Origin: Chiloscyllium plagiosum
Lineage: Eukaryota
Assembly (NCBI RefSeq): GCF_004010195.1
Contig: NC_057718.1
Span: forward strand, 18,638,767-18,688,349
DNA length: 49,583 nt
Direction: 5' to 3'
Under the pieces are notes generated by a model. The model made no database searches, was not told the DNA's origin, and saw only the letters and a program-made list of their open reading frames with translations. Position numbers and translations under genes: made by a program. Shown here one piece after another: positions 25,160 through 36,698 of this stretch; position 1 is the stretch's first letter; every line of letters begins with the position of its first letter.

Positions 25160-25505
25160 TGAAAGAAAAAGGCATTTGGGCCCATCAAGTCTGTACTGGT
25201 CAATACAAGCACCTAATTATTCTCATCCCATTTTCCAGCACTTAGCCTAGAGCCTAGTTTGGCTTGACATTCACAAGTGCACACCTAAATAATTCTTAAA
25301 TTTAAGAGTCTTAAATTTAAAATTTAAATTTAAAATTCTTAAGAGTTTCTGTCTCTACCACCCTTACACATAGTGAGTTCCAGATTCCCACCATCCTCTC
25401 AGCGAAAAACTTGCTCACATCCAGTCTAAATCATCTGCCCCTTATCTTAAACCTATGCCCCTTTGTTATTGATCCCTCTATCAAAGAGAAAAGTTTGTTC
25501 CTGTT
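25160..25505 (-). mobile_element. Old CR1 3' end remnant
   Basis: ggcatttgggcccatcaagtctgtac...gagttccagattcccaccatcctct...cttaaacctatgccc resembles the other minus-strand CR1 3' ends. Confidence 0.7.
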
Positions 25506-26194
25506 GGGCCTTCAGTTTAAAGGGAGGATGTGAGAATTCAGATTGTCTAAAATATCAGCCATAACCAATGTCTACTCCTAGCTCAAATTACCTGGCATGT
25601 TTAAGCATTAAGTTCTAATTTTACTCCATTATTTGTTTGATCAATATGGATTCGTTTGAAAATTTTTCCAACCAATTTGGGGAAACATGAAGAAATCCAA
25701 ATAAAAAACACTTTCCCTTTTAATACCAAACAGATACAAAATAGGATTCTTTCGCAAAGACTTGGTCGATAGCAGACAGTTAAATGGATCAGACATAATT
25801 GATTAGTTCACTTGGTTTTGAGCTTTAGGACATGAAGAAAACCAATTTAGAAGTGGGCCAGAAATGCATGAATTTTGATTTTATTTTTAAGGATTACAAG
25901 GAACTGTGTCAATGTCATTATAAAAATCAAAAACAATTGAGGCAGTAATTACTTCATTGTCATTGAGTCATCGAGGCAAAAGGCTGTTAGAAATATACCT
26001 CTCTGATGCAATAAAGAGATTGCAAGAGAAGATTGAATTGCTTTGAAAACTGAAAGAAAGAAAGAATCTGGCACTGAAGATAACTCACTCAAGAAACTTA
26101 AGAAACAGATTGGTAGCTGTTGTGATTTAGATAATAGTTTAAAGTTACTAGCTATTGAGTACTCATATTAGAAATATAGATATTGACAGTTTAG

Positions 26195-27216
26195 AGAATT
26201 AGAATCATAGAAATGTATAGCATGGAACCAGATCTTTTTAGTCCAACTTGCAGGATTCTGGGTAATCCAAGATGAAGGACAGGAAAAATTTCTGGCTGTA
26301 ACAGCTGTTCCTTTTTTGAGGTATTTTAGGTGTTGGAGGTGATTTCCTCGAATTCCAGGAGCAGCAATTACTGTTTTATATGCTGTTGCTTTGTTTTGGA
26401 ACTTTGGGAAAAAAAAGTGAAAACAACAGCAGTTTTAAAGAGAGATGAACAGACAAGGAAGCACATGGTGAGGTCATTGCTGGAGAAAGAGAGAGAGAGA
26501 GAGAACCTGCACAGTTACTGCCTTTGCTGTTTGAGTTCATGTATCAATAAAAGAGACCTACGGGGCAACTTTTTCACACAGAGGGTAGTACATGTATGGA
26601 ATGAGCTGCCAGAGAAAGTGGTGGAGGCTGGTAGGATTGCAACATTTAAGAGGCATTTGGATGGATACATGAATAGGAAGGGTTTGGAGGGATATGGGCC
26701 GGGTGCTGGCAGGTGGGACTAGATTGGGTTGGGATATCTGGTTGGCATGGACGGGTTGGACCGAAGGGTCTGTTTCCATGCTGTACATCTCTATGACTCT
26801 ATGACTTGTCCATGTTGACCAGATATTCTAAATGAATCTATTCCCATTTGCCAGATTTTGGCCTACATCACTCTAACCCTTCCTAGTCATCTATCCATTC
26901 AGATGCCTTTTAAATTTTATTATTATACTCCCCTCCACAACCTTGTCTGGCAACTCATTCCATACACGCACCATCCTCTGTGTGAATAAATACCCCTTAA
27001 GTCTCTTTTATATCTTTCCCCTCTCATCTTAAACCTATGTCATCTCATCTTGGATTCCCCTACCCTGGGAAAAAGACCTTGACTATTCACCCTGTCCATG
27101 GTCCACATGATTTTACAAACTTTAGCCTCTGATGCTCCAGGGAAAATAGGCCCAAACCACTCAGCCTCTCCCTATAGCTTAACACCTCCAACTCCATCAA
27201 CATTCTTGTAAATCTT
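26195..27216 (-). mobile_element. CR1 3' end on the minus strand, split by the 26251-26803 insertion
   Basis: Tail agaatcatagaaatgtatagcatggaa...gtccaacttg (to 26250) resumes as acttgtccatgttgaccagata (26804 onward). Minus translation KRFTRMLMELEVLSYRERLSGLGLFSLE. Confidence 0.88.
26251..26803 (+). mobile_element. Bipartite CR1 derivative: 5'UTR fused to ORF2 end and 3'UTR
   Basis: 26507-26545 ctgcacagttactgcctttgctgtttgagttcatgtatc matches the CR1 5'UTR at ~11335-11373. Followed directly by KRDLRGNFFTQRVV..WNELP and the tail. Flanked by acttg direct repeats. Confidence 0.8.
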
Positions 27217-27399
27217 TTGTGGGGCAAATTATACAAATTAATCATGGGGCAAAAAACAAGAATGGGGAAGAGCAGCGAAAATATAACTGAGAACCTTTTA
27301 ACTGCCTCCTCCCTCATCAGTTCTTGCTTTCTGGTGAGTGCCTGTGTGAATATTGTCTCTTGCCTGTGTTTCTCCCTCCCACTTAGGTGGGAGATGGTA

Positions 27400-27925
27400 T
27401 CATAGAGGTAGTGTCACAGGACCTAATAATCCAGAACTTCAGGCTAATGTTCTGGGAATCTGAGTTCAAATCTCCACCACGGCAGCTGGTGAAGTTTGAA
27501 ATTCAATAAAAATCTAATAGCGGCCATGTAAATATTGTTGCAAAAGCCCATTTGGTTCACTAATGCCCTTTAACGAAAGAAGCCTACTGTCCTGGTCTGG
27601 TCTACACATGACTCCAGACCCACAGCAATGTGATAGCCTCTTAACTGCCCTCTGGTCATTTAGAGATGGGGAATAAATATTGGCCTAATGATTCTGGATT
27701 AGTGGTGCTGGAAGAGCACAGCAGTTCAGGCAGCATCCAAGGAGCTTCGAAATCGACGTTTCGGGCAAAAGCCCTTTCGATTTCGAAGCTCCTTGGATGC
27801 TGCCTGAACTGCTGTGCTCTTCCAGCACCACTAATCCAGAATCTGGTTTCCAGCGTCTGCAGTCATTGTTTTTACCTCATTGACCTAATGATGTCCACAT
27901 CCCACGAACAAATGAAAAAAAAACT
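27400..27925 (+). mobile_element. tRNA-type SINE (same family as 17930-18270) hosting a PLE fold-back insertion
   Basis: gtgtcacaggacctaataatccaga...gagttcaaatc...gactccagacccacagcaatgtg...tccacatcccacgaacaaatgaaaa. Confidence 0.75.
27690..27878. mobile_element. Perfect fold-back PLE mini-element with TSD
   Basis: 27690-27756 and 27777-27843 are exact reverse complements (67 bp) around a 20-nt spacer cgtttcgggcaaaagccctt. Flanking repeats attggcctaatgat (27679-27692) and attgacctaatgat (27879-27892). Confidence 0.9.
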
Positions 27926-30334
27926 TCCTTTGTTCCAGATCTTTTTATATGCTAATCATTGGTAACATCTACAAGGTATCCAGAACTGAAATCTTTTATT
28001 CTGTTCTCTCCATGCATGTGGACTGATCTATTTGAAGCTATCATCATTTTGTGTTTCTTTAAAAGAAATCTTGATCGATGACAGGTCACTCAATGCCATG
28101 GAAGAAAAAGCTTTCTGATCTTTTTGTGATTATCCCAGAATCAATTCCCTAACAAGCTCAGCTTCTCCTGCCCTGCCAGATATGAATGGCTGATAATAAG
28201 CACAGGGAAGCGATCCGAGTTTGGAGTTTTCTTGACTGTGAGGTTTAACTGGGAGGCCATTTATCTGGATGCTTAACATGTGGCTCAGACTAATGGCACA
28301 GGGCTTGACCCTGGCTGATGTAACTCACAATTCCTGATCTCCTAACCCTAAAATAAAATCAACTATGGTTCAGTGTATAACCACCAAGGATCTGCCTTTG
28401 AACAGAGAACTGAAGAAGAGAAAGGTTGAATTATTCAATGGGCAAGCATTAGCTTCACCATGCAGGTCAATACCTTCCATTTACATAGCATTCGTTATGA
28501 TTCCAGCTGATGGTAATATTTGACAAATCAGATTTCACAATTAAACCTGGTTTGATTGATAGTATGTTTTTTTTGCCATGCTGGTCAGTCATTGAATATC
28601 GTCACAAGAGGCTGCCAATGTACTTTTAACAAAGGGACATCAAAGTTTACACCCCACAGCACAAAGGAAATTGCTAACTATTACACGATACAATAACAAA
28701 CATAGAACATAGAACTGTACAGCACAGGAACAAGTTAAAATAATCTTATTACAGATATCAGAAATGAAGACTCATTCCTTTGACTCTCAACAACAACCTT
28801 TCAGAACCGCAAACCTCAGTGGAAGGTCATCTATTTTCACTTTAATATTCCTTATTTAGTGGGCTTGGTTGTACTTAGTTTCTTCTGAAAACCTCTGCAT
28901 CCATCCAATGCTTTTTTTTTGTTAATGTCCTCTCCTGAGACTCTTAAGTAAATTGCTACACAGCTCACTTACTACTTAATGCAAACACATGCATTCAATT
29001 GCCTGGAGAATGTCTTCTTCTCTTATACCTTAAAGCCTTCTCATTCTGTTACTCTTCCAAACTTGCAAGCCACTCAAGATTTTTTTTCTTTTGCCCTAAA
29101 TGTTATGAACACTGCTAAACTGCTCTGCTGTCATTAAAGGCCTTTTCTTTTTGAATGATCCACTCCCTTCTCTGGAAGAAACCTGCACAATCACTAACAT
29201 TCTTGATGGAAGAGCTACCTATAAATGAAGAGTTTGAAGTCCCACCAGCTTACAAAGGCAGAGGAAGAACTAAACACATTAACTGTAGCTGATGGACAGG
29301 TCAATGTCACATGATGTTTAGAATTGACAATGTATTGAAATAGGTTTAAACTAATCAATGACTCTCGAATATATATCTTCAATGACGATTAAGCTAAACC
29401 AATTTCTCTTGGTACACTGAGGAAGACTGATAGTGCTATTATTAGACTTATTCAAGTTAAGGCAATACTTGAGTAATTGCATACAGTTACACCTGACCTA
29501 GAAATGCTGACTATTCCGCTCCATTGCTTTGTCCAGTTATGCCAGGATATCATACCAGAGATACTTTAAATGCAGTTAGCTTCAGCCTTTGCAGACAGGG
29601 TGAATATAGAGATGAACCACTGTAGGCATGAGTATGCTACAGGTATTGGATTACTGTTATACAGAGATGACTACGAAAAGAGAGAGAGCAATTACTCCTA
29701 ACACCAGCTGGACAAATTGTTGGGAATGTTGTACTTCAAGTCTGATGGTCCCAAGTGAAGCTCAGGAAGAAACACAGTGGGCTTCTTTTCTAATGATTAT
29801 TGTGCCAGAGGACTAGAAGGTGTGATACTCCTCTCCCTTCAAGACACAGAAAACAGGGGTAGACCACAAACGAATAGATTTGTTAGTTTTATTTCAGTTC
29901 TCACTAAATTAATGAGTTCAGATTTTGCATTGATGAGGCTAACTGACACTCAACCTAGCCTTGTGAACTCCCTTGGATCAATCTACGTTAAATGATTCTG
30001 ACAGGTTCTCAGTAGGATTTGATTAGGAATTCAGCAATAAGATTTCAATAGCCTAAAAGAAGTTCTGAGTACCATAAAGTGGAAAGAACTTTTATTTTAG
30101 TATTGACACTCCATTGGATCTTTAAATGTTGGTTTCTGTTGTAGGCCTCACAGTGGTGTTAAACATTTGAAAGCTAGGGTTATAAACATCCAGCACTGCC
30201 AATGCAAGAAAGACAGATGGTGAATTGTTTAATCTGATTTGAATTTGCATATCGAGGAAAAAAAGAGGTCTCATCGCAAAACATGGTTGTAATGCAGAAG
30301 GAGAATTCATGAATTCCTAATAAGCTACATACTA

Positions 30335-30528
30335 TCCTGACTTGGAAGTTCGTTGCCATTCCTTCACTGAGGCAAAGTCTTAGAATCCCCTTCCTGGCAT
30401 CATGGTGGGTATCACTACACCCCAAGCACTAGGATGGTTCAAGAAGGCAAATCATCACTAATTTCTCAAGCGTAGTAAGGGATGGATAATGAATGCTAAC
30501 TGAACCACATCCTGTGTAAAGGAATAAA
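30335..30528 (+). mobile_element. 3' end of an old CR1-group LINE (same family as 42335-44945)
   Basis: ccattccttcactg...ggttcaagaaggcaaatcatcactaatttctcaag...gggatggataatgaatgct. Confidence 0.55.
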
Positions 30529-31589
30529 TTTGAAAACAGACACAGCAGACAAGGAAAACTCTTACCATTAGTTGATGATTCCAGGACTAAAGGACCCACA
30601 GATTTAAGATCTTGGCCAAGAGATGCAGTGGGTGTGTGAAGAAGGACTTCTTTGGGCAGTGAGTGGGAATGATGTGGAACTTATTACCCACCTGAGAAAA
30701 CACATCACAAACCTTGCAAAAACATTACTGATTTCAAAAGGGAGTTGCAAAGGCAATTGAAAGAGATCATCTTGCAGAAATATGGAGAGGAAGCAAGGGA
30801 ATGGTATTCATTTGATTGATTTGCAGAAGGTCAGCAGAGCCTGCAAGTGTTGACTGGCTTCCTTCTGTACTAAAAAGACAGAATGGGCAGAAAGTTATGT
30901 GGGTGAGATGGATGTCTTGGCCATACAATTCCACTCACCCTGAAGAAAAGACAGCTGGAAGCCAACTCCCCTCTCATGCTCCTGTCCAATCTGATTAGCC
31001 AGCACCCCAGCAGTGAAGGGAGTGCTGTTGAGACTGTGTGCAGGCTTACACTGGAAGCCCTTTGAATCACAGATGCGTGTATTTCTTGAGCCTTTGAACT
31101 AGGTTACTTCTGGGAACTCAGGGAGGTTGGTTGGGGAGTGGGTTTTAAAGAATATGTGGGTAGGAAGGAAGATGATATGCCCAACAGACAAGGACACTCT
31201 TCAATGCTCGCTACCTTCTTTCCTTCGTATGGTTTTAACCGCTTCAAGAAAAAGTTGTTAATCCCACTTCCACAGGATTGCGCATACCAACTGCATAAGG
31301 ACTGAGCAGCAAAATTACAGAGTCAATTGAGCTATTAACAAGCTCAATTGACCTTTAGTGATTTTTTACAGGTATCCAGGATGCTGCTGATTTTGGCACT
31401 AACCCAACCACAGTCTGTATTAGGGGGTTGAACTTGGAAGTTGGTGGGCAACCCATCCTCCTTATACTACATGCCCTCACCCATTCCCCTTCTCCCCAGG
31501 TGAGACCAGGCAATATCTAGACTCTATAACTCGAAGAGGGATTCAGGCCCTTGAGTTTAGATTTACCATCATGACTTCAGGAATGTGGG

Positions 31590-32000
31590 ACCTCAGTTCC
31601 ATGGACAGTTTGGAGAAGCTGGGGCTGTTCTTCAGAGGAGTTAACAGGAAATTTGATAGAGGTGTTTGAAATCATGAGGAATCTGCACAGAGTAGATGGA
31701 CTGTTTCCCATTGATACAAAGGTCAAGAAACAGAGGACACTGATTTCAGACAAAATAAGGAATGGCAACATTAGGAAGGGTTTTTTTTTGCAAGAGGTTA
31801 GGATGTAGACTGCCCTGTCTGAAAGTGTGGTGGTGGCAGATTCAATTGTGGCTTTCAAAAGAGAAAATAATAATTACCTGAAGAGAAAAACATTTTCAGG
31901 TAAGAAGGGGTGGGGAGTGGGACTAGCTGAGTTTCTTTTGCAGAAATAAGCACAGACAGGATCAGTTGAATAGACTCCATCTGTGCAGTGAACATTCTGA
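31590..32000 (+). mobile_element. Old CR1 3' remnant
   Basis: ttggagaagctggggctgttct...ttgatagaggtgtttgaaatcatgagg encodes LEKLGLF..LIEVFEIMR. Confidence 0.75.
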
Positions 32001-32968
32001 TTATTTGTCACATGGCCTGAAACATGTAATGATTTAATTGCTGCATCATACTTGGATTACCTTGATAGGATCAGTGTGATCTTTGACAAAGGGTATCAAT
32101 GGAAGATTCCATGCGGTGGCTTCGCATTTATAGATAGCAAAATATGAAGAATATAGAGACATAAATAGACTATTCAGTCCCTCATGTCTGTTGGGCCGTA
32201 TAGCAGATTATGAATAAGCTGTACTTCAATGCTAATAAGTCTTTGCTTCATAGTCCTTGATATTTCTATTGAACAAAGTTTTATCAATCTCAGTGTTAAA
32301 AAAAATCAATTGGTCCACCATCCACAACGTTTTGGGGACAGCATTCCATATTTCTGTTACTTTTGAAAGAGAAATTGATTCATGAATTCACTCCAAAATG
32401 GTTCCAGATTTAATTTTAAGATTACTCCCCAATAATAAAACCATTTATCAGTAACCTTACTACTCAAACTACGATGTTCGCCTCTTTGTGACACAGAGAA
32501 ATAGTTGAAATGTGTGAATCGTCCACATTCAATTCAATCTGTGATTGTGTTCGATCTATTTTTTTCCCCCACTGAAGTGAAAATTTGTGCAAAATGTGAT
32601 GGATAACCTGATAATGACGTGAAGGAGTAGTTCAGTTTTGAATTTATTACACCACAACACAAACCATACTTCAAAAGTTAATAGGAGCTTCCTTCAGCCT
32701 TGAAAAAGGTGATAAAACAGGGCAGAACCTTCTGCTCTTAGTGGTGGAGAGTTTGGAACAGGAGAGACATTTAACTAGATGGGGTGATGTCATATCTGAA
32801 CCCCACCACATTCCTGTCTCCAGCAGAATTAAATCTGAGCAGGAAAATGCACGGGTTGATTTTCTGCCCTGCCAGTAATTGAGACTCTGAAGGGATGAAT
32901 TAGGGGTGAATTCAGGGCCTCATCCCACCAGTACTGGATTTAAGCCAACTGCAAGTGGCCTGTCTCTG

Positions 32969-33260
32969 TTATGATGGAGAATGTGCAGAATTCCATATCA
33001 TTCTCCTCAAAAGTGATCCTCTGGCTTGATGCAGACTGTGGACAATGGCCTTCCAGACTGCAGGACCTATGGTGGAGAGCATAAGAATTAGCTTGATCCC
33101 TGTAACCAGTGCAGTGTCTCCTTTAGTATGCCAGGCTTTTGACATCAGGTCAGAGACATCTTTACTCTGTTGTGTTGACAGTCTGGGGTCACTGTCAACA
33201 ACTGAAGTGCCCCTTCTCTCCAGCAACTCTGAGCGCTTTTCCCTCTGCAGGGGTTAATAT
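32969..33260 (-). mobile_element. Possible decayed PIF/Harbinger transposase N-terminal fragment
   Basis: PRLSTQQSKDVSDLMS...DTALVTGIKLILML...AIVHS loosely resembles the Harbinger RLS...AL...KL..AL...VH helix-turn-helix region. Confidence 0.3.
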
Positions 33261-33951
33261 GCCAACGCCAGCAACACATCATCACTTTTTGAGAGCTCCC
33301 TGAGTTTTATTTCACAGGCAAATGGAAGGATTCACTATCATCTCAATGGACAGCAAACCCCTTTCCCAACATGAAGGCTTAAGTGAGCTAATCTCACCTC
33401 CTTAGTAAGTATCCAACACGCATATTCTTCTACAATTGGTACAACATTCTCAGCATGAACAGGCTCCCAAACATTCAGTTCATTTGTTCCATTGATTGCT
33501 GAGGCCTTACGTAGAAATTCCTGCCTGTCATACTTCTTGACTCACATATTTACAAAGGTTGATGCCCTTGTCAGTGTTATTTTTACAGAGACTCTGCCAT
33601 ATCACCTACCCTTGAAGAGGGCAGCAGGTTATTGTTCCCTGTGTGGCATTATAACCAGTTTTGTTTCTGGCTGCTAATGTCCATTGTAATCTCTGGCCAG
33701 GCCACCCTGGGCAGGCAAGAGGGCCTTATGCTGCCATCAGTGGGACATAGGATGTCCTGCCATTCCCAGATGGCCTGGAGGAGAACCTGCAGGGGGAAGG
33801 GCTCACTAAACCAAGGGGCCACTCATTCTCTGTGACAAGATGTGTGCCCAGTTTTGAATGGGGGCCCAACTGATGGTTGGACACAGAGGTAGGGAGGGCT
33901 TGGCAGCAGCTCGATATCAAAGCCTGTATCTGGGAAAGGCAGAATAATTAT

Positions 33952-34292
33952 GGGCGGCACGGTGGCACAGTGGTTAGCACTGCTGCCTCACAGCGCCAGA
34001 GACCCGGGTTCAATTCCCGCCTCAGGCGACTGACTGTCTGGAGTTTGCACATTCTCCCCGTGTCTGCGTGGGTTTCCTCCGGGTGCTCCGGTTTCCTCCC
34101 ACAGTCCAAAAATGTGCAGGTTAGGTGAATTGGCCATACTAAAGTGCCCGTAGTGTTAGGTGCAGGGGTAAATGTAGGGGAATGGGTCTGGGTGGGTTGC
34201 GCTTCGGCGGGTCGGTGTGGACTTGTTGGGCCGAAGGGCCTGTTTCCACACTGTAAAGTAATCTAATCTAATCTAATCTAATCTAATCTAAT
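33952..34292 (+). mobile_element. Full-length young HE1-like V-SINE
   Basis: A box tggcacagtgg (33963-33973), B box ggttcaattcc (34007-34017), V-domain, CpGs retained, (TAATC)6 tail. Confidence 0.96.
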
Positions 34293-34699
34293 ACTGTTAG
34301 GATAGTAGGGAGTGACTGCCATCTGAATGCCAGGTATGGAACATGGACCTTCAGGCCCATGGAGTAATGGAAAGATTGGCAATTTATTTCCTGCCAATAA
34401 TCACGTCATTGGCCAAGACCCTCAACAGTTTGTATTTGAATGTCTGGCCACTGCATTTTTGTGTGTGGCCAAACTTTCTGTTGCCAAATGGAAATCCCAC
34501 CATTGGAAAACTCACTGCTGCATCAAAGGTGGTACAAGTTTGGAATTCTCTTCCACAAGTGACATTTGATGTTGGAACAATTGTATATTTTAAGACTGAG
34601 ACTATTAGAGATGCAATGCAAAAGTGGGTGTATAAAGTTAGATTGCAGATCAAACATCAATTATCACCATGAGCTAAAGTACCACAGGACTCTATGACT

Positions 34700-36698
34700 G
34701 TAAGAAGGAAGCATATGTCAGGTACAGACAAGATAGATCGAATGAATCTGCAGAAGAGTGTAAAGGCAGTAGGAGTATACTTAAGAGGGAAATCAGGAGG
34801 GCAAAAAGGGGACATGAGATAGCTTTGGCAAATCAAGTTAAGGAGAATCTAAAGGGTTTTTACAAATACATGAAGGACAAAAGGGTAACTAGGAAGAGAA
34901 TACGGCCCCTCAAAGATCAACAAGGCAGCCTTTGTGGAGCCACATGAGATGGGGGAGATATAAACGGGTATTTTGCATCAACATTTACTGTGGAAAAGAA
35001 TGTGGAAGATATAGAATGTAGGGAAATATGTGGAAATATCTTAAAAAATGTCCATATTACAGAAGAGGAAGTGCTGGATGTCTTGAAACACATAAAAGTG
35101 GATAAATCCCTAGTACCTGGTCAGGTGTACCCCAAAACTCTGTGGGAAGTTAGAGAAGTGATTGCTGGGCCTCTTACTGAGATATTTATATCACCGAAAG
35201 TCACAGGTGAGGTGCCAGAAGACTGGAGGTTGGCTAATGTGGTGCCACTGTTTAAGAAGGGTGGTAAGGACAAACCAGGGAACTATAGACTAGTGAGCCT
35301 GATGTCAGTGGTGGGCAAGTTGTTGAAGAGAATCCTGAGGGACAGGATGTATATGCTTTTGGAAAGGCAAGGACTGTTTAGGGATAGTCAACATGGCTTT
35401 GTGCATGGAAAACATGTCTCACAAACTTGATTGAGTTTTTTGAAGAAGTAACAAAGAGGATTGATGAGAACAGAATGGTGGACATGATCTATATGGACTT
35501 CAGTAAGGCGTTTGACAATGTTCCCCATGGGAGGCTGGTTAGCAAGATTAGATCTCACGGAATACAGGGAGAACTAGCCATTTGGATGCAGAACTGGCTT
35601 AAAGGTAGAAGACAGAGGGTGCTGGTGGAGGGTTGTTTTTCAGACTGGAGGCCTGTGACCAGTGGAGTGCCACAAGGATCGGTGCTGGGTCCTCTACTTT
35701 TTGTCATTTATATAAATGATTTGGATGTGAGCATAAGAGGTACAGTTAGTAAGTTTGCAGATGACACCAAAATTGGAGGTGTAGTGGACAGCGAAGAAGG
35801 TTACCTCAGAATACAATGGGATCTTTATCAGATGGGCCAATGGGCTGAGAAGTGGCAGTTGGAGTTTAATTTAGATAAATGCGAGGTGCTGCATTTTGGC
35901 AAAGCAAATCTTAGTAGGACTTATACACTTAATGGTAAGGTCCTGGGGTGTGTTGCTGAACAAAGAAACCTTGGAGTGCAGGTTCATAGTTCCTTGAAAG
36001 TGGAGTCGCAGGTGGATAGGATAGTGAAGAAGACATTTGCTATGCTTTCCTTTATTGATCAGAGTATTGAGTACAGGAGTTGGGAAGTCATGTTGTGGCT
36101 GTACAGGACATTGGTTAGACTACTTTTAGAATATTGCATGCAATTCTGGTCTCTTTCCTATTGGAAGGATGTTGTGAAACTTGAAAGGGTTCAGAAAAGA
36201 TTTACAAGGATGTTGCCAAGGTTGGAGGATTTGAGCCATAAGGAGAGGCTGAACAGGCTGGGGCTGTTTGTTGGGGGCTGTTTTCCCTGGGGCTGGGGCT
36301 GTTTTCCCTGGAGCATCAGAGGCTGAGGGGGTGACCTTATAGAGGTTTATAAAATCATGGATGGGGTAAATAGACAAAGTATTTTCCCTGGGGTGGGGGA
36401 GTCCAGAATCAGAGGACATAGGTTTAGGGTGAGAGGGGAAAGATATAAAAGAGACCTAATGGACAATTTATTCACGTAGAGGGTGGTACATGTATGGAAT
36501 GAGCTGTGAGAGGAAGTGGTGGAGGCTAGTACAATTGAACCATTTAAAAGGGATCTGGATGGGTATATGAATAGGAAGGGTTTGGAGGGATATGGAAAGG
36601 CACTGGCAGGTGGGACTAGATTGAGTTAGGATATCTGATCGGCATAAACGAGTTGGACTGAAGGGTCTATTTCCATGCTGTACATCTCTATGACTCTA
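34700..36698 (+). mobile_element. CR1 (HER1-like) LINE, 5'-truncated, with a nearly intact RT domain
   Basis: ORFs 34990-35430 and 35427-36326: DWRLANVVPLFKKG, YMDFSKAFD, GVPQGSVLGPLLF, KFADDTK. Frameshift near 35412, local duplication at 36260-36311, ctctatgactcta tail. Confidence 0.97.

Noticed and set aside
27690..27843. Pre-miRNA gene
   Set aside because: The arms are perfect copies of a transposon terminus that also occurs at 49488-49550. There is no evidence of processing.
33952..34020. tRNA gene (A and B boxes)
   Set aside because: These are SINE heads followed by a V-domain and a LINE-derived tail, with no cloverleaf and no poly(T) terminator. The same applies to the other SINE copies.
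34259..34292. Telomere-like or satellite repeat (TAATC)n
   Set aside because: It is the simple-repeat 3' tail of the SINE.
35427..36326. Functional reverse transcriptase gene or novel RT system
   Set aside because: An ordinary 5'-truncated CR1 ORF2 with a frameshift near 35412 and a disrupted C-terminus.
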